Below the pieces are notes generated by a model. That model was given only the letters and a program-made list of their open reading frames with translations, ran no database searches and was not told the DNA's origin. Below are positions 37,715-40,850 of a stretch of 40,850 nucleotides of DNA, one piece after another. Position numbers and translations under genes: made by a program. The DNA is from Paracoccaceae bacterium (lineage in GTDB: Bacteria; Pseudomonadota; Alphaproteobacteria; Rhodobacterales; Rhodobacteraceae): contig JBAVTI010000470.1 of assembly GCA_049696055.1 (NCBI GenBank), positions 1 through 40,850 of the forward strand, given 5' to 3'. Position 1 is the stretch's first letter; each line of letters starts with the position of its first letter.

Positions 37715-39970
37715 ATGACGAAAACCAGAATCACCCCAGAGGAGGCACTAGCCTACCATCTGGAACCGAAACCCGGAAAATATGAGATTGTGGCGACGAC
37801 ACCAATGGCGACGCAGCGTGATTTGTCGCTGGCGTATAGCCCCGGTGTGGCGGTGCCGGTTCAGGCGATCGCCGATCGTCCGGAAACAGCCTATGACTAT
37901 ACCGTTAAGGGCAACATGGTTGCGGTGATTACTAATGGCACTGCAATTTTGGGAATGGGGAACCTTGGCGCGCTGGCCGCCAAGCCAGTGATGGAAGGCA
38001 AGGCGGTGCTATTTAAGCGGTTCGCCGATGTAAACGCCATTGATATCGAGTTGGATACCGAAGATCCGGAGGAGATCATCAAAGCAGTGTCACTAATGGG
38101 GCCGACGTTTGGCGGTATTAACCTTGAGGATATCAAGGCTCCTGAGTGCTTTATTATCGAGCAGCGCCTGAAAGAGATCATGGATATTCCCGTGTTCCAT
38201 GATGATCAGCACGGCACGGCGGTGATTTGTGTCGCGGGCCTGATCAATGCGCTTGAGATTGCAGGCAAGAAAATTTGTGATGTGCGCATCGTGCTGAATG
38301 GGGCGGGGGCTGCGGGGATTGCTTGCCTTGAGCTGATGAAAACCATGGGGGCCACACATGATAATTGTATCATGTGCGACACCAAAGGTGTGATCTATCA
38401 GGGTCGCACCGAGGGCATGAACCAGTGGAAGTCGGCACACGCGGCAAATACCGATTTGCGCACCTTGGATCAGGCTATGGTCGGAGCGGACGTGTTTCTT
38501 GGCGTTTCGGCCAAAGGTGCGGTCACTCCAGCAATGGTAGCGTCAATGGCGGAAAACCCGGTCATTTTTGCTATGGCAAATCCGGACCCCGAAATTACGC
38601 CAGAGGATGCACATGCAGTGAGGCCTGATGCAATTGTCGCGACGGGGCGCAGCGATTATCCTAATCAGGTGAACAACGTCCTCGGGTTTCCGTATTTGTT
38701 CCGGGGCGCGCTGGACATTCACGCGCGCGCGATCAACGATGAGATGAAGATCGCTTGCGCCAAGGCACTTGCAAAGTTGGCTCGTGAGGATGTGCCAGAC
38801 GAGGTGGCAATGGCCTATGGGCGCAAATTGTCGTTTGGTCGAGACTACATTATTCCGACCCCATTTGACCCGCGATTGATCTATGTGATTCCGCCGGCGG
38901 TAGCTAAGGCCGGGATGGATACAGGTGTCGCTCGGCGACCAATTGTTGACTTGAAAGGCTATGAGCAAAGCCTCAAGGCCCGGATGGACCCAACAGCAAG
39001 CATTTTGCAGGGCATTCATGCCCGCGCCAAGGCAGCACAGGCGCGGATGATTTTTGCTGAGGGCGACGACCCGCGCGTGCTAAGGGCGGCGGTAGCCTAT
39101 CAGCGCGCTGGTCTGGGTAAGGCGTTGGTTGTCGGGCGCGACGCTGACGTACGTGAAAAGCTGGAAACGGCCGGACTGGGCGAAGCCGTGCGTGAACTGG
39201 AGGTGGTAAACGCAGCCAACACCCGGCATCTCGATGCATATAAGGATTTTCTTTATAGTCGGTTGCAGCGTGGCGGCTTTGATCGGCACGACATACATCG
39301 GCTTGCAACGCGGGATCGCCACGTGTTTAGCGCCCTAATGCTTGCCCACGGGCACGGAGACGGCCTTGTTACTGGGGCCACGCGTAAATCGGCGCATGTC
39401 TTGCAGTTGATTAATCACGTATTTGATGCACGCGCCGAAGACGGTGCTGTCGGTGTGACTGCCTTGTTGCACAAGGGCAGAATCGTTCTAATTGCAGATA
39501 CCCTCGTGCATGAATGGCCCGACGAGAATGATCTGGCGGTAATTGCAACAAAGGCTGCAGGTGTTGCCCGCAATCTGGGGTTAGAGCCGCGGGTAGCCTT
39601 CGTTTCCTTCTCGACTTTTGGATATCCGGTGTCGGAACGGGCAACTAAGATGCATCGTGCTCCGAAGGTGCTGGATCGGTTGAAGGTCGATTTTGAATAC
39701 GAAGGCGAAATGACGGTCGATGTAGCGTTAAACCCTGATGTGATGGCGCAATATCCCTTTTGCCGCCTGACTGGCCCCGCCAATATCCTAGTAGTTCCGG
39801 CCCGTCATTCGGCGTCAATCTCGGTCAAGTTGATGCAAGAAATGGCAGGGGCGACGGTGATCGGGCCAATTCTGACGGGTGTGAATAAGCCCATCCAGAT
39901 TTGTTCGACAAACTCGACGGTGAATGACATTCTTAATATGGCAGTTATGGCAGCATGTAAGATCGGTTAG
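37715..39970 (+). CDS. maeB: NADP-dependent malic enzyme (malic enzyme domain plus phosphotransacetylase-like domain)
   Basis: The track start at 37694 is TTG, so I use the ATG at 37715 (AAGGA about 10 nt upstream). 751 aa. LSLAYSPGVA and NGAGAAGIAC motifs, with a PTA-like C-terminal half. Confidence 0.93.
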   Translation: MTKTRITPEEALAYHLEPKPGKYEIVATTPMATQRDLSLAYSPGVAVPVQAIADRPETAYDYTVKGNMVAVITNGTAILGMGNLGALAAKPVMEGKAVLFKRFADVNAIDIELDTEDPEEIIKAVSLMGPTFGGINLEDIKAPECFIIEQRLKEIMDIPVFHDDQHGTAVICVAGLINALEIAGKKICDVRIVLNGAGAAGIACLELMKTMGATHDNCIMCDTKGVIYQGRTEGMNQWKSAHAANTDLRTLDQAMVGADVFLGVSAKGAVTPAMVASMAENPVIFAMANPDPEITPEDAHAVRPDAIVATGRSDYPNQVNNVLGFPYLFRGALDIHARAINDEMKIACAKALAKLAREDVPDEVAMAYGRKLSFGRDYIIPTPFDPRLIYVIPPAVAKAGMDTGVARRPIVDLKGYEQSLKARMDPTASILQGIHARAKAAQARMIFAEGDDPRVLRAAVAYQRAGLGKALVVGRDADVREKLETAGLGEAVRELEVVNAANTRHLDAYKDFLYSRLQRGGFDRHDIHRLATRDRHVFSALMLAHGHGDGLVTGATRKSAHVLQLINHVFDARAEDGAVGVTALLHKGRIVLIADTLVHEWPDENDLAVIATKAAGVARNLGLEPRVAFVSFSTFGYPVSERATKMHRAPKVLDRLKVDFEYEGEMTVDVALNPDVMAQYPFCRLTGPANILVVPARHSASISVKLMQEMAGATVIGPILTGVNKPIQICSTNSTVNDILNMAVMAACKIG

Positions 39971-40032
39971 AGATAGGCAACGCTTCGGCCTATATGAGGG
40001 GCTGCCGCTACAGCGGCTGCCCAATCTCGTGG

Positions 40033-40662
40033 TCAGTGAGTGAAGGCAGCTTGTCCACCCCAAAGCTCTTTCACGCGCTGATCCCTGCCACATGCATTGC
40101 GGTAGAATTTGTAGGCGTTCGACTGCTTTTTCGGGCCAGCACGTGTGATGACGAGATTCTGGCCCTTGTAGTAATCCTGATGATAATCTTCGGCGGGCCA
40201 AAACCTTTTCGCTTGCAGGATGGAGGTTGCGACCTCTTGACCCAAAGCGCTTGTGGCTTCTAATCTTGCTGCTGCAGCAACCACCTTTTGGGCGGAGTTA
40301 GTAACGAAAATGGCTGTGCGGTAAGAATCGCCGCGGTCGCAAAACTGACCACCAGAATCCAGCGGGTCGATTGATCGAAAAAACATGTGCAAGATTTGCT
40401 CATAGGTAACTTTTGAATTGTCGAAGGTAATTTCGACTGCTTCGTAGTGCCCGCTTCCGCCGTTGCCAACCTGGCTATAGCTCGGGTTCTCTATTGTGCC
40501 GCCAGAATAACCGGAAACCACACTTGTGACACCAGGAACGCTTTCAAAGTCGGATTCCACACACCAGAAACAGCCTCCGGCCACTATGGCCTTTTCGGTA
40601 GCGGCATTGGTTGCGCCAACGTCGGCTAACGCAAGGAAAAGGGACATAACGATCTTCTTCAT
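40033..40662 (-). CDS. msrA: Peptide-methionine (S)-S-oxide reductase MsrA with an N-terminal signal peptide
   Basis: Trimmed to the ATG at 40662 (GGAGAG SD). MKKIVMSLFLALADVGATNAA, then the catalytic GGCFWC. Confidence 0.88.
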   Translation of the reverse strand: MKKIVMSLFLALADVGATNAATEKAIVAGGCFWCVESDFESVPGVTSVVSGYSGGTIENPSYSQVGNGGSGHYEAVEITFDNSKVTYEQILHMFFRSIDPLDSGGQFCDRGDSYRTAIFVTNSAQKVVAAAARLEATSALGQEVATSILQAKRFWPAEDYHQDYYKGQNLVITRAGPKKQSNAYKFYRNACGRDQRVKELWGGQAAFTH

Positions 40663-40786
40663 TGGACTCTCCAGCCGTTGGAAAGACCATGGGCAATTCA
40701 AAAGTGTATGGCAACTCAACGACACGTGATGTCAGGTTGGGATAATTGTGCCGTTGCCCCCTCCACCTAATCCAGTTTGAGATAGA

Positions 40787-40812
40787 CTCTGGTCCAACCG
40801 AAAGGACCAGAG
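40787..40812 (+). repeat. 9-bp inverted repeat CTCTGGTCC / GGACCAGAG abutting the orfA start codon
   Basis: Arms at 40787-40795 and 40804-40812 with an 8-nt loop. The right arm contains the only purine-rich SD-like bases (GGA..GAG) before the ATG at 40813. Confidence 0.5.
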
Positions 40813-40850
40813 ATGAAGCGCAGCAGATTCACCGAAGACCAGATCATCGG
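40813..40850 (+). mobile_element. First 12 codons of an IS3-family transposase orfA (truncated by the window edge)
   Basis: MKRSRFTEDQII(G) matches the highly stereotyped N-terminus of IS3-family OrfA HTH proteins (MK+SRFTEEQI..). Too short for the ORF track. The IS left end is undefined (TG candidates at 40747 and 40778). Confidence 0.6.

Noticed and set aside
39971-40032. Possible bidirectional terminator between maeB and msrA (GCCGCT-AC-AGCGGC)
   Set aside because: The arms are separated by only 2 nt, so the usable stem is 4-5 bp, and there is no T-run on either side. This is too weak to call.
12680-40662. A novel defence, toxin-antitoxin or otherwise undescribed multi-gene system in the housekeeping block
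   Set aside because: Every ORF with coding signal belongs to a recognisable, widely conserved family in a conserved origin-proximal order. The poorly characterised ones (DUF900 lipoprotein, Smr, Tim44-like, FxsA, YbaN, RidA) are single conserved genes, not a module. Claiming a new system here would be unsupported.
1-40850. Search for rRNA, tRNA, CRISPR arrays and long tandem repeats
   Set aside because: No intergenic gap other than 22182-22593 exceeds about 200 bp. None shows cloverleaf-compatible or repeat-spacer structure, and I saw no tandem arrays.

Overview
This is a 40.85-kb chromosomal segment from a moderately GC-rich alphaproteobacterium. Gene content and synteny look Rhodobacterales-like, but I cannot verify that here. 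The left ~12 kb looks catabolic or accessory. It holds a TetR-headed minus-strand operon for a molybdenum hydroxylase (FAD subunit, then a fused 2Fe-2S/MoCo subunit), followed by a Cys-rich reductase-like gene cut by the window edge. Divergent from it is a two-domain OYE/FAD flavoprotein gene bracketed by two copies of a ~46-nt repeat. Next comes a tightly coupled homoprotocatechuate meta-cleavage operon (hpaF-E-D-G-H) with a divergent hpaR. The remaining ~28 kb is origin-proximal housekeeping. In order: trxA, hslVU, a DUF900 lipoprotein hydrolase, smr, mltA, a Tim44-like gene, fxsA, secB and dnaQ-coaE-aroE-maf. Then a 412-bp AT-rich gap with DnaA-box-like 9-mers (probable oriC). Then hemJ, rho, mnmE, mnmG, rsmG, parA and parB, with two perfect parS palindromes and one degenerate copy. 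Then ybaN-hemW-ridA-rdgB-rph, hrcA-grpE, mutS, maeB and a signal-peptide msrA. The first 12 codons of an IS3-family orfA sit at the right edge. Ten gene junctions are ATGA start/stop overlaps, which suggests translational coupling. The ORF track translates TTG/GTG starts as M, so I trimmed many N-termini to ATG/GTG starts that have Shine-Dalgarno support. I saw no rRNA, tRNA or CRISPR. I did not find a convincing novel multi-gene system such as a defence or toxin module. The items most worth a second look are the origin architecture, the parS sites fused to translation starts, and the phased-hexamer repeat flanking the flavoprotein gene.
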